Assembly (NCBI GenBank): GCA_018400405.1
Contig: JAGYMX010000001.1
Span: 1 to 61,084, forward strand
Direction of reading: 5' to 3'
Length of the DNA stretch: 61,084 nt
Source: a bacterium
Lineage (GTDB): Bacteria > Patescibacteriota > Minisyncoccia > Minisyncoccales > PWPS01
Within the stretch, counting starts at the first letter, position 1; the number at the start of each line of letters is the position of its first letter. The notes below the pieces were generated by a model that saw only the letters and a program-made list of their open reading frames with translations, searched no databases and was not told the DNA's origin. A program made the position numbers and the translations under genes. This document shows positions 8,944-18,870 of the stretch, piece by piece.

Positions 8944-9267
8944 TTAGAGCTTAATATCTTCCAATCCTTCTTTCTTGTTTTCGGAAGAGTTGTTTTTCCC
9001 TTGGTAGCTTCCCCCACTTGGCTCAATAATCTTTAAATTAACTCTTGCTTTTCGCTTGAGTCCGATTATTCGAACAAGATTTCTAATTGCCCTTGCCGTT
9101 GAACCTTCCTTTCCGATAATTTGTCCCATATCGTCAGGATGAACTTTCAACGCAAGAAGCACTCCCATCTCATCTACTTTCCTTTCAACCTCTACCACAT
9201 CAGGATGATCTACCAAGTTTTTTACGATAAACTCTAAGAATTCCTTATCAGAAGCTTCTTTAGTCAT
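8944..9267 (-). CDS. khpA: KH-domain RNA-binding protein (KhpA/YlqC family)
   Basis: LEFIVKNLVDHPD...VHPDDMGQIIGKEGSTARAIR; located between rpsP and trmD. Confidence 0.9.
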   Translation of the reverse strand: MTKEASDKEFLEFIVKNLVDHPDVVEVERKVDEMGVLLALKVHPDDMGQIIGKEGSTARAIRNLVRIIGLKRKARVNLKIIEPSGGSYQGKNNSSENKKEGLEDIKL

Positions 9268-9395
9268 GTTTTGTTTTTTAATCGTACAAAAATATATCGA
9301 CCTTTTCTGTTTTTTTCACTTTCTATAAAAAATTATCCTTTTATTACAGAAAGCTACTTTCTGTATTTTATATTTTTTACAAAGAAAAGTCAAAA

Positions 9396-9965
9396 TTATT
9401 CTTCTTTATCTTTGTCTTCTTTCTTTTCTTTTTCATCTTCGTCTTTTTTCTTTTCTTCCTCTTCTTTGTTATTTTTTCCTTCTCCTTCATTATTCTTTTC
9501 TTTTTCTCCCGGTAACTCTTCTTCCTTTTTTTTCTCTGAGGTTTCTTTTTCCGCTTTTTCTTTTTTTTCTACTAAATCTTCTTTACTTTTTGCTTCTTTT
9601 CCGGAAGACTCTTTTTCTTTTTCCGGTGTAGATTCTTCTTTTTTTTCTTCTGTAGAAAATTTTTCTTCTTTGGTAGCAGCTTTTTCTTTTCTTTTTTTAG
9701 AAAAAGAAACTACATCTTCTTTTTTTCCACGAAGAACTCCTTTTTTTATAAGAATATTTTTGACTACACCCGTTGGACACGCTCCTTTTTCTGTCCAGTA
9801 TAAAACTCTTTCTTTCTTAATCTCAAACTCTTTTGTTCTTGGGTTATAAAACCCGATATCTTCAACAAATCTTCCACTTGCGGGAGGATTGTTTTTATCG
9901 GTAACAACTATTTTATAAAAAGGTTGTCCTTTTCTTCCTCTTCTAAAAAATCTAATTTTTAGCAT
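9396..9965 (-). CDS. rpsP: 30S ribosomal protein S16 with long Lys/Glu-rich C-terminal tail
   Basis: MLKIRF.R.GRKGQPFYKIVV...GRFVEDIGFYNP. Confidence 0.95.
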   Translation of the reverse strand: MLKIRFFRRGRKGQPFYKIVVTDKNNPPASGRFVEDIGFYNPRTKEFEIKKERVLYWTEKGACPTGVVKNILIKKGVLRGKKEDVVSFSKKRKEKAATKEEKFSTEEKKEESTPEKEKESSGKEAKSKEDLVEKKEKAEKETSEKKKEEELPGEKEKNNEGEGKNNKEEEEKKKDEDEKEKKEDKDKEE

Positions 9966-10674
9966 GACTTTTTTTTATTTTTAACCAACTTTTTTTAACT
10001 AATGCTTCTTTTGCGGCCTTTTCTTCTGCCTCTTTTTTTGACCACCCACTCCCCTTCCCAATAAGTGTTTCGTCTAAAAACACTCCTACGAGAAAGTGTT
10101 TTTGATGATCGGGTCCAGCTTCTTTTAAAACATTATAAGAAGGTGTCACTCCTACATCTTCTTGTGTTTTTTCTTGCAACTCTGATTTCGAATCTCGGTA
10201 AAGCTCAAGCTTAATTATCTCTGGTAATCGAGTTATAAGATTTTTTTTAATAAACTCCTCAGCAACCTTATACCCTTTATCTAGATAAACTGCTCCTATG
10301 AACGCCTCAAACGTATCTGCCAAAATACACAAACGGGCTTTTCCTTTTTCTCTTGCTTCTCCCTTCGAAAGAAGAAGGTAATCATAAAAATTAAGTTCTT
10401 CGGCGACAGTTCCTATTTCTTTTGTATTTACAAGTGCCGCCCTCCACGTTGTAAGCTCCCCTTCTGTTTTCTCAGGATAGTTAAAATACAAGTAACTAGT
10501 AACAACAAGTTCTAAAACAGCATCTCCAAGAAATTCAAGACGCTCGTTTTGCCCAAGATCAAAATCAGGATTTTCATTTAAATAAGAGCGGTGGCAGAAG
10601 GCTTGAATCAACAGATTCTTCTCCTCAAACTCCACTCCTATCTTTTTTTCCAAATCATTAAATTTTTCTTTCAT
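9952..10674 (-). CDS. rnc: Ribonuclease III
   Basis: NERLEFLGDAVL signature and C-terminal dsRBD. Confidence 0.97.
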   Translation of the reverse strand: MKEKFNDLEKKIGVEFEEKNLLIQAFCHRSYLNENPDFDLGQNERLEFLGDAVLELVVTSYLYFNYPEKTEGELTTWRAALVNTKEIGTVAEELNFYDYLLLSKGEAREKGKARLCILADTFEAFIGAVYLDKGYKVAEEFIKKNLITRLPEIIKLELYRDSKSELQEKTQEDVGVTPSYNVLKEAGPDHQKHFLVGVFLDETLIGKGSGWSKKEAEEKAAKEALVKKSWLKIKKSHAKN

Positions 10675-10702
10675 ATCAGGTTAATTAAATTTTCAAACCC
10701 TT

Positions 10703-11140
10703 TTACTTTTTTTCACTTTCTTCTTCTATTTCTTTATAAACCGTTCCTAGCACTCCATTTACAAATCGTCCAGAACTGCTACCTCCAAACTGCTTAGCAA
10801 GCTCAATCGCTTCGTTAATAGCAACTTTTGGGGGGACTTCTTTTCTATCACCAAAAATAAGTTCGTAAAGCCCTATTCTTAAAACATTTCTATCAATTAT
10901 CGTTATCTTTTCAAGCGGCCACTCTGGGGCAGCAGCACTAATAATTTTGTCTATCTCTTCTTTATTTGCAACAACTCCTTCTATTAAGCTATAAACAAAA
11001 TCTGGATCTTTAAACTTTTCCGTAAACTCTGCAACATTTTTCCGTGCAATCTTTTTGCAGTCTTCGTCATCCCCTTTTGAAAAATCCCATTCATAAAGAG
11101 ATTGAAGTACAATTGAACGTGCCATGTGCCGAGAAGACAT
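10703..11140 (-). CDS. nusB: Transcription antitermination factor NusB (likely ATG 11140)
   Basis: [38 protein letters not shown]. Confidence 0.96.
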   Translation of the reverse strand: MSSRHMARSIVLQSLYEWDFSKGDDEDCKKIARKNVAEFTEKFKDPDFVYSLIEGVVANKEEIDKIISAAAPEWPLEKITIIDRNVLRIGLYELIFGDRKEVPPKVAINEAIELAKQFGGSSSGRFVNGVLGTVYKEIEEESEKK

Positions 11141-11152
11141 AATGTGCAAAAA

Positions 11153-11431
11153 TTATTTTTCCTTTTTTTTAGATAACGATCCCATCGTTAACGGTTTCTT
11201 TGGTGTTTCACTTTCTTTTTTTTCAACACCTTTCTTTTTTTCCGCTTTCTTTTCTTTCAAAACATCTATCACTTCTCTTCCTTTATAATACCCACATGTT
11301 TTACACACTGCGTGCATCAATTTTTTTCCTTTACACTGTGGACAATCAACAAGAGTGGGAGTTTGAAGATGAAGATGCATTCTTCTCTGATTTCTTCTTG
11401 ATTTTGTTTTTCTTTGTTTTGGTACAGCCAT
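11153..11431 (-). CDS. rpmF: 50S ribosomal protein L32 with C-terminal extension
   Basis: MAVPKQRKTKSRRNQRR, CPQC...H.VCKTCGYY. Confidence 0.97.
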   Translation of the reverse strand: MAVPKQRKTKSRRNQRRMHLHLQTPTLVDCPQCKGKKLMHAVCKTCGYYKGREVIDVLKEKKAEKKKGVEKKESETPKKPLTMGSLSKKKEK

Positions 11432-11501
11432 TTTTTTATTTTGTAATATATTGAACCTCTTTTGGTCTTAAAATCTCTAAAAAAGTGCTAAGACGAGTTA
11501 A

Positions 11502-11530
11502 ATCATACCAAAAAAACAATTTTTAATCAA
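11502..11530 (-). promoter_or_regulatory. Putative promoter of the rpmF operon
   Basis: TTGATT-17nt-TATGAT with extended -10 TG. Confidence 0.55.
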
Positions 11531-11535
11531 CCCTT

Positions 11536-12114
11536 TTAGAGGAGCTTAAAAGATTTTCTGTGAACAGGAGATACTCCGTATTTCTTTATTGCCTTTCGGT
11601 GTTTTTCTGTCCCATAACCCTTGTGAAAAGAAAATCCGTACAAAGGATATTTTTTGTGAAGATTCTCCATCATCTTATCTCTTTTTACTTTTGCAATAAT
11701 AGAGGCAATACTACACTCTAAAATTTTTTCATCGGCTTTTGGTAGAGATATCTGCTCTCCACAAAAATTTATTTTAAAATTTCCATCAATTAAGAAAAGT
11801 GAGTTTTTACAATCAATTTTTTGAAGAGCTTTTTCCATCGCACGTTTTGTTGCTTGCAGTATGTTTATTTTATCAATTCTTTTTTCAGAAACTACTCCCA
11901 TCCCCCACTCAAGAAAAGGATGTTTCATAAAAATCTTATAAAAATATTCTCTTTTCTTCGCTGTAAGTTTTTTTGAATCTTTTATCCCTAATTTCCAAAA
12001 AAAACTTCTTTCTTTTTTTATTTTTACTGCTACGGCAACAACCGGACCCGCCAAGGGACCTCTTCCCACTTCATCTAACCCAATAAGAAATCTTCTATTT
12101 GTTTTTTTTCTCAT
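11536..12114 (-). CDS. rnhB: Ribonuclease HII
   Basis: GLDEVGRGPLAGPVV, DSKKL, IDGN, ASIIAKV.RD, HKGYGT. Confidence 0.97.
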   Translation of the reverse strand: MRKKTNRRFLIGLDEVGRGPLAGPVVAVAVKIKKERSFFWKLGIKDSKKLTAKKREYFYKIFMKHPFLEWGMGVVSEKRIDKINILQATKRAMEKALQKIDCKNSLFLIDGNFKINFCGEQISLPKADEKILECSIASIIAKVKRDKMMENLHKKYPLYGFSFHKGYGTEKHRKAIKKYGVSPVHRKSFKLL

Positions 12115-12193
12115 ATCTTATAGAATATTATAGAATTATAACAGTTTTCCTTTCTTTAAAGCAAAGTTTTATTATTAAAATCTATTTAATTAA

Positions 12194-15100
12194 ATGCCCT
12201 TCACTCATCTGCACGTTCACTCGGAATACAGTTTACTCGACGGTTTACCAAAAATAGATCAGTTGCTTGACTATGTTAAAGAAAAAAAAATGGATTCCGT
12301 TGCTCTTACCGATCACGGCGTTCTTTATGGAGCAATCGAGTTTTATAAAAAAGCAAAAGAAAAGGGAGTAAAGCCAATTATCGGAGCAGAACTTTACATG
12401 GCCACCGGAAAGATGGAGGAGAAAAGGCCAAATATAGATAACAAGTCATATCATCTTCTTCTTCTTGCAAAAAATAAAGAAGGATACTCTAATCTTGTAA
12501 AGCTCATTACAAAAGCTCACCTTGAAGGATTTTACTACAAACCACGAATAGATGAAGATACTTTGAAAAAACATGCAAAAGGACTCATTGCACTTACTGC
12601 CTGTATACAGGGAAAAATACCTCAACTCCTTCTTTCTAAAAAAGAAAAAGAAGCAAAAGATCTTGCCCTTTATTATCAAAATCTTTTCGGAAAGGATAGC
12701 TTTTATCTTGAGATTCAACACCATCCAAATATAAAAAAACAGGGAATAGTTAACGAAAAACTAATAAAGATAGCAAAAGAAACAGGGATTCCTTTGGTTG
12801 CTACCTGCGACTCTCACTACCTAAGATCAGAAGATGCCGAGACACAAGATATTCTAATGTCTATCGGAACAGGATCAGATATTAATGACCCCGAGCGTCT
12901 TACAATGCGTGAAGACGATTTTTCTCTCCGCTCACCAGAAGAGATGGAGAAAATTTTTCAAGATACTCCAGAAGCAGTAGAAAATACTCAAAAAATAAAA
13001 AATCTCTGTAATTTAGAGATAGAGCTTGGGAAAACAATACTCCCCCACTTTCCACTTGAAAGCGAAAACACTCCTGATAAAGAACTTAAAAAACTCTGTA
13101 AAGATGGAATAAAAAAACGTTACAAAAAAAATAAAGAAAAAGAGGCACTTGAAAGATTAAGAAAAGAGATGGAAGTCGTTGCAGGGGCGGGGCTTTCTTC
13201 TTACTTTTTAATTGTTCAAGATTTTGTAAAATGGGCAAAAAAAAATAAAATTGTTGTCGGTCCTGGAAGGGGAAGTGCAGGCGGATCAATTATTGCCTAT
13301 CTGTTAGGAATAACAAATATTGATCCACTACATTACGAACTTATTTTTGAAAGATTCTTAAATCCAGGAAGAGCAAAAGTTTCTCTTCCAGATATCGATC
13401 TTGACTTCGCCGATAGAAGAAGAGATGAGGTGATTCATTATATCGCCCAAAAATATGGTCAAGAAAAAGTTGCTCAAATTATTACTTTCGGAACAATGGC
13501 TGCAAGGGCAGCGATCCGAGATGTAGGAAGAGTTTTGGGATACTCCTACTCTTTTTGCGACAAGATAGCAAAAATGATTCCTTTTGGTTCCAATTTAAAA
13601 GAGACGCAAGAAGACGTAAGTGAGTTTCGACAAATTTATGATACAGATGAAGACGCGCGAAAGCTTATTGATCACGCAAAAAAGTTAGAGGGAGTGGTAA
13701 GACATGCGTCAACGCACGCTTGCGGAGTAGTTATCTCTGATAAACCTCTTAATAACATTGTCCCCTTGCAACATCCCACACAAAATGAAGGAACAGTGGT
13801 TACACAGTACGCAATGAATTATATAGAGGATCTCGGTCTCTTAAAAATGGATCTTTTAGGATTAAAAAACTTAACGGTTATTGAAGATACGTTAAAAAGA
13901 ATATACGTCGTAAAAAAAGAAAATATAAATATAGAAGAAATTCCTTTGGATGACAAAGATGCTTTTCGTCTTCTTCAAGAGGGAAGAACGGTAGGTATTT
14001 TTCAATTAGAGTCAGGTGGGATGCAGAGATATTTAAAACAATTAAAACCAACAGATATAGAAGAGGTTATTGCTATGGTTTCTCTTTACCGACCTGGTCC
14101 GATGAAGTTTATTCCTGATTATATTGAACGAAAACACGGAAAAAAGGAAATAACCTATCTCCATCCACGATTAGAGCCAATCCTGAAGCCGACTTATGGA
14201 GTTTGTGTTTATCAAGAACAAGTAATGAGAATTGCCGTAGAGCTTGCCGGATTTACATTAGAAGAAGCAGATGTTTTAAGAAAAGCTATCGGGAAAAAAA
14301 TAGAAAAACTTCTTAAGGGACAAAAAGAAAAATTTATAAACGGTATTATAAAAAATGGAATAGATAAAAAAATAGGCGAACAACTCTGGAGTTGGATCGA
14401 GCCCTTTGCTCAATACTCTTTTAACAAAAGTCATGCAGCTGCCTATGCACAGGTTGCTTACCAAACAGCATACCTTAAGACTCATTATCCAAAAGAATTT
14501 ATGTCTGCCCTTCTTACTGCCGACCAAAATGATACTGAAAGAATTGGCTTTCTTATCAACGACTGCAAAAAAATGAAGATTGAGGTTCTTCCTCCAGATA
14601 TAAATGAAAGCTTTATGGGATTTAGTGTTGTCCCCGAAAAACCACAGATTCGTTTCGGGCTTTCTGCAATTAAAAATGTAGGAATAAAAATCGTTGAAGA
14701 GATCGTTAAAGAAAGAAAAAAAAATGGTTCCTTTAAATCATTAAATGATTTTCTTACACGTATTGAATCTCAAAGTTTAAATAAAAAGTCAATGGAAAGC
14801 CTTATTCTCTCGGGAACATTTGACAAGTTTAAAGAAAGAGGAGAACTTCTTTATAATCTTAATCGCCTTCTTGAGTATAGTCGGGAAAAAAGAAAAAATA
14901 AAAACAACGGACAAGCAGGTCTTTTTGATACAGGAAAGGTAGAAACAGAAATAAAAATGGAAAAAGCAAAACCGTTAAGTGAGAGAGAAAAGTTAGAATG
15001 GGAAAAAAAGCTTTTAGGTCTTTTTATTACTGGTCATCCATTAGATTATTTAAAAGAAAAAATAAAAAATGGCGGAATTAGTATCAAAGAAGCAAAGAGG

Positions 15101-15358
15101 CAAATGTCTGATACTCGCGTAAGAGTAGGAGCAATTGTTTCTAATGTAAAGAAAATTATTACAAAATCCGGAGAACCAATGTATTTTGTCCGCATAGAAG
15201 ATCTTACTGATAATATAGAATTAATCGTCTTTCCACGCGCTTTGAAGAAGAATGGGACTCTTTTTGAAGAAGGAAAAGCTCTTTTTGTTTCTGGAAAAAT
15301 AAGCCACCGTGACGAAGTTCCAAAAATAATTTGCGAAAAAGGAGAAGAGATAAAGTAA
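12194..15358 (+). CDS. dnaE: DNA polymerase III alpha subunit
   Basis: PHP HLHVHSEYSLLDG, GPGRGSAGGS, PDIDLDF, FNKSHAAAY, OB fold; no intein seen. Confidence 0.98.
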   Translation: MPFTHLHVHSEYSLLDGLPKIDQLLDYVKEKKMDSVALTDHGVLYGAIEFYKKAKEKGVKPIIGAELYMATGKMEEKRPNIDNKSYHLLLLAKNKEGYSNLVKLITKAHLEGFYYKPRIDEDTLKKHAKGLIALTACIQGKIPQLLLSKKEKEAKDLALYYQNLFGKDSFYLEIQHHPNIKKQGIVNEKLIKIAKETGIPLVATCDSHYLRSEDAETQDILMSIGTGSDINDPERLTMREDDFSLRSPEEMEKIFQDTPEAVENTQKIKNLCNLEIELGKTILPHFPLESENTPDKELKKLCKDGIKKRYKKNKEKEALERLRKEMEVVAGAGLSSYFLIVQDFVKWAKKNKIVVGPGRGSAGGSIIAYLLGITNIDPLHYELIFERFLNPGRAKVSLPDIDLDFADRRRDEVIHYIAQKYGQEKVAQIITFGTMAARAAIRDVGRVLGYSYSFCDKIAKMIPFGSNLKETQEDVSEFRQIYDTDEDARKLIDHAKKLEGVVRHASTHACGVVISDKPLNNIVPLQHPTQNEGTVVTQYAMNYIEDLGLLKMDLLGLKNLTVIEDTLKRIYVVKKENINIEEIPLDDKDAFRLLQEGRTVGIFQLESGGMQRYLKQLKPTDIEEVIAMVSLYRPGPMKFIPDYIERKHGKKEITYLHPRLEPILKPTYGVCVYQEQVMRIAVELAGFTLEEADVLRKAIGKKIEKLLKGQKEKFINGIIKNGIDKKIGEQLWSWIEPFAQYSFNKSHAAAYAQVAYQTAYLKTHYPKEFMSALLTADQNDTERIGFLINDCKKMKIEVLPPDINESFMGFSVVPEKPQIRFGLSAIKNVGIKIVEEIVKERKKNGSFKSLNDFLTRIESQSLNKKSMESLILSGTFDKFKERGELLYNLNRLLEYSREKRKNKNNGQAGLFDTGKVETEIKMEKAKPLSEREKLEWEKKLLGLFITGHPLDYLKEKIKNGGISIKEAKRQMSDTRVRVGAIVSNVKKIITKSGEPMYFVRIEDLTDNIELIVFPRALKKNGTLFEEGKALFVSGKISHRDEVPKIICEKGEEIK

Positions 15359-15376
15359 CTCCAAAAATTATAATTA

Positions 15377-15406
15377 TTGACAAACAATAGAAAAAACTTT
15401 TATAAA
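15377..15406 (+). promoter_or_regulatory. Putative promoter for thrS
   Basis: TTGACA-18nt-TATAAA. Confidence 0.45.
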
Positions 15407-15453
15407 ATACATCTTGATGTTAAAATAAGGAAATTATTATAAAAGAAAAAAAT

Positions 15454-17184
15454 ATGAAAGAAAAAAGACACTCTTTGGCACATATCCTTGCCATGGCAGT
15501 AAAAGAAATATACCCAGATGCCTTAATAGGGACAGGTCCGGCAATTGAAAACGGCTTTTATTATGATTTTGGTAATGTAGATATCAAAGAAGAAGATCTT
15601 CTCCGCATTGAAAAAAAAATGCGAGAGATTTTAAAAAAAAATATCTCTTTTGAAAACAAAATCGTAAGTAAAGAAGATGCAAGAAAAATTTTTGTAGAAG
15701 AACCATACAAGTTAGAGATTCTAAAAGACATTAAAGAAAAAAAAGTTTCTCTTTATAAAAGTGGGGGGTTCGTTGATCTTTGCAGTGGACCACATGTGAA
15801 AAATACAAAAAATATTGATCCAGAAAGTTTTTTACTTCAAAGAACGGCAGGAGCTTACTTTAAGGGATCTGCAAAAAACCCTATGCTTAAAAGGGTTTAT
15901 GGGATCGCTTTTAAAAATAAAAAAGAGCTTGAAAATTATATTGAGAAACAAAAAGAAGCAGAAAAAAGAGACCACCGCAAAATAGGAAAAAGGCTAGAAC
16001 TCTTTATGTTTGACGATGAAGTTGGGCAAGGCCTTCCTCTTTATCTCCCCAAAGGTGGAATGATTAGGTATCTTCTTATTAATTTTGCAATGGAAACATA
16101 CCTTCAAAACGGTTACCAGATAGTATCTACTCCTCATATCGCAAGAGAAGATTTGTGGAAACGCTCTGGACATCTTAAATTTTATAAAGATGATATGTAC
16201 GGCCCCCTCTCTGTTGACGAAAAAAACTACCGCTTAAAACCAATGAACTGTCCTTTCCATGTAAAAATGTACAATTCGAAAATAAGAAGTTACAAAGAGT
16301 TTCCTTTGCGTTGGGCAGAGATGGGTACTGTTTACCGTTATGAAAAATCGGGTGAACTCCACGGGCTCACAAGGCCACGTGGATTTACCCAAGATGACGC
16401 ACATATTGTATGTACAAAAAAACAACTAAAAGATGAAATTATAAAAGCTCTAAAAATAACACGCTATATATATTCTACGCTCGGAATGAAAGATCTATTT
16501 TTTAAACTTTCTGTTCGCAATCAACAAGAAAAAGAAAAATATTTTGGAACTGATAAATCTTGGAAAGAAGCAGAAAATTCTTTAAAGGAAGCCCTCCTCT
16601 CTTTTGCTCCAAATTATGAACTTGATGAGGGAGGTGCTGCTTTTTATGCACCAAAAATTGATATTGACGCGATGGATGCTGTTGGAAGAAGATGGCAACT
16701 CTCTACAATTCAAGTTGATTTTAATCTCCCCTTTCGTTTTCAAATGACCTATATCGATGAAAAGGGAAAAGAAAAAATCCCTTTTATGATTCACCGAGCT
16801 CTCTTGGGCTCTATTGAAAGATTTCTTGGAGTTTATATTGAACACACAGAAGGTGAATTTCCTCTTTGGCTCTCTCCTGAACAAATATGGGTTGTCCCTG
16901 TTTCAGAAAAAGCAGAAAATTACGGAAAAGAAGTAACGGCAAAAATAAAAGAAGAAGGATTAAGAGTTGTTTTTCAAGGAACAGAAGAAACTCTCTCTAA
17001 AACAGTAAGAAATAGTGAGCTCCAAAAAATACCTTATGTTTTAATTGTTGGAGAAAAAGAAATGAAAAAAGAAACAGTAAGCGTTAGGTACCGAGGAAAA
17101 AATGAAGGACCAGTTAATTTCAGTAAATTTTTAGAAAGGATAAAAAAAGAAACAAAGATTGAAAAATTTGAAGAAAAAAAATAG
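15454..17184 (+). CDS. thrS: Threonine--tRNA ligase (no TGS domain)
   Basis: RHSLAH, DLCSGPH, RDHRKIG, LKPMNCP, YRYEKSGELHGL.R.RGFTQDDAH. Confidence 0.97.
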   Translation: MKEKRHSLAHILAMAVKEIYPDALIGTGPAIENGFYYDFGNVDIKEEDLLRIEKKMREILKKNISFENKIVSKEDARKIFVEEPYKLEILKDIKEKKVSLYKSGGFVDLCSGPHVKNTKNIDPESFLLQRTAGAYFKGSAKNPMLKRVYGIAFKNKKELENYIEKQKEAEKRDHRKIGKRLELFMFDDEVGQGLPLYLPKGGMIRYLLINFAMETYLQNGYQIVSTPHIAREDLWKRSGHLKFYKDDMYGPLSVDEKNYRLKPMNCPFHVKMYNSKIRSYKEFPLRWAEMGTVYRYEKSGELHGLTRPRGFTQDDAHIVCTKKQLKDEIIKALKITRYIYSTLGMKDLFFKLSVRNQQEKEKYFGTDKSWKEAENSLKEALLSFAPNYELDEGGAAFYAPKIDIDAMDAVGRRWQLSTIQVDFNLPFRFQMTYIDEKGKEKIPFMIHRALLGSIERFLGVYIEHTEGEFPLWLSPEQIWVVPVSEKAENYGKEVTAKIKEEGLRVVFQGTEETLSKTVRNSELQKIPYVLIVGEKEMKKETVSVRYRGKNEGPVNFSKFLERIKKETKIEKFEEKK

Positions 17185-17208
17185 TACTTTTATTTATTCA
17201 CAGGTTTT

Positions 17209-18816
17209 ATGCCAGAAACATCTCCTCTTACACAAAAACTCATCAAGGATTTTAACCGACCCAAAAAAGGATTTTCAGAAAATACAAAAATCCCAACTAT
17301 TGAGGTAGACGAAATTACAATTCGTGTCGCCAGCTTTTATGAAAAAATAAGAAGTGTAATTGATTGGAGGGGAGAACATCTCTTAAAAAGAAATGCAATC
17401 GAAAGAATTTTACGAAGAAAGATGTTTTCTAAAACCGCTCTCCAAAAGGATATTTCCTCTATCCCCGCAAGACCGCTTATTGTTGACCTTATTCGTTCCG
17501 GGCATTTTAAGAATAAGACAATACCAGAAACAAAAGTAAAAGAGGTACAAAATATATTAGACAAGTATCTTTATGTTATCAAGCATTTCCCCAAAAAAAA
17601 CGGCTCTAAAATATCTTTTGAAAGTTGGCTTTTTTCGATCGCCGCTTGTGAAATAGAAGAAACCCTTTCTAAATCAAACAAAGAAAGAGCTCTTCTTTTT
17701 TATGCTTTTCACTCTTTGAAGAAAAATATCAAAGTTGAAAAAGAGATTAATGAAGAAGAAAAAACCTTACTTCTTTATATCGCAATCCAGCAAGCGCTTT
17801 TCAACCTTGATTCTCCGATTATTACTTATCACATTTTAAAGCTCAAATATAAAAACTGGAAAGAGATATCTCAAGAAGAGCTAAAAGAGCTTCCTTGTAA
17901 AATTACAAAGGAAAAAAAAGAAATTGAACATCTAATAAAAAACTCTCTTTTAAAAAAGTTTTATAGATTTTGTAAGGTTTATAACACTCCCTACCTTTTG
18001 ATTGGAGATATTCTATGCAAAAAAACAGAGAACAAGGCAAAAGAAATTTTTTCTAGCCCTGAAAATACAGAAAAAGAAATATTAGAAGCTTATGGCGAAA
18101 GAACAAAAAAGATGCGAGGTCGTCTTCTTCGGGCAGCAGCTTACGCGACAATATCAATATTTATAACTAATATCGCTGCTCTTCTTGTAATTGAAATTCC
18201 TTTTTCTCGATATATTAACATCGGAGAATTTACTCCCTTTGTTGTTCTAATTGATGTTCTTGTTCCTACATTGCTTATGGCACTTCTTGTCCTCTCTGTA
18301 TCCCCTCCTCCGGAAAAAAATAAAAAAAGAGTTGTTTTAGAAACAATGAAAATAATCTATAAAAAAGGAGAAGAAGAGGAAAATAAATATCTTATAAAAA
18401 AACCGCGGAAAAAAAGAAAATTTCTTTATTTTATTGTTAGTTCTTTTTATGGAATTAGTTTTTGTGCATCTGTGGGGATAATTATTTGGCTCTTGAGTTT
18501 AATCAACTTTCCTCTTCTTTCGTATTTTGTTTTTATTGTCTTTCTTTCTCTTATTGCGTTTGCCGGAGTAAAAATAAGAGAAAGATCAAAAGAACTTTAT
18601 ATGATAGAGATAAAAGAAAGTTTCTTTAGTATTCTTATTGACCTTTTTGCCCTCCCTGTAATACAATTTGGGAAATGGCTTACGCTCCGCTGGGAAAAAT
18701 ATAATCTTGTTTCTATCCTCTTTGGTGCCCTTCTTGATATGCCCTTCAAGTTTTTCTTAGAAATTTTAGACGAGTGGCGAAATTATCTTAAAGAAAAAAA
18801 GGAAGGAATATATTAG
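17209..18816 (+). CDS. Hypothetical membrane protein (large soluble N-terminal region, ~4-5 C-terminal TM helices)
   Basis: 535-aa ORF co-oriented with thrS; hydrophobic segments after ~aa 305. Confidence 0.85.
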   Translation: MPETSPLTQKLIKDFNRPKKGFSENTKIPTIEVDEITIRVASFYEKIRSVIDWRGEHLLKRNAIERILRRKMFSKTALQKDISSIPARPLIVDLIRSGHFKNKTIPETKVKEVQNILDKYLYVIKHFPKKNGSKISFESWLFSIAACEIEETLSKSNKERALLFYAFHSLKKNIKVEKEINEEEKTLLLYIAIQQALFNLDSPIITYHILKLKYKNWKEISQEELKELPCKITKEKKEIEHLIKNSLLKKFYRFCKVYNTPYLLIGDILCKKTENKAKEIFSSPENTEKEILEAYGERTKKMRGRLLRAAAYATISIFITNIAALLVIEIPFSRYINIGEFTPFVVLIDVLVPTLLMALLVLSVSPPPEKNKKRVVLETMKIIYKKGEEEENKYLIKKPRKKRKFLYFIVSSFYGISFCASVGIIIWLLSLINFPLLSYFVFIVFLSLIAFAGVKIRERSKELYMIEIKESFFSILIDLFALPVIQFGKWLTLRWEKYNLVSILFGALLDMPFKFFLEILDEWRNYLKEKKEGIY

Positions 18817-18870
18817 AAAACATTTCTCAATTAGTTTTGCTTAAAATTATTGCTTTTTTTATTTAGAGTT

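Noticed and set aside
9271..9849. 192-aa Phe/Ser-rich plus-strand ORF, and similar antisense ORFs across the window
   Set aside because: Antisense shadows of Lys/Glu-rich genes; A/G-rich codons give stop-poor reverse frames.
12118..12140. Direct repeat TTATAGAAT x2 in the rnhB/dnaE divergent spacer
   Set aside because: Short, AT-rich and overlapping a probable -10 element; likely by chance.
15359..15453. Possible T-box upstream of thrS (also checked pheS, proS, alaS)
   Set aside because: No TGGNACC antiterminator and no room for a leader.
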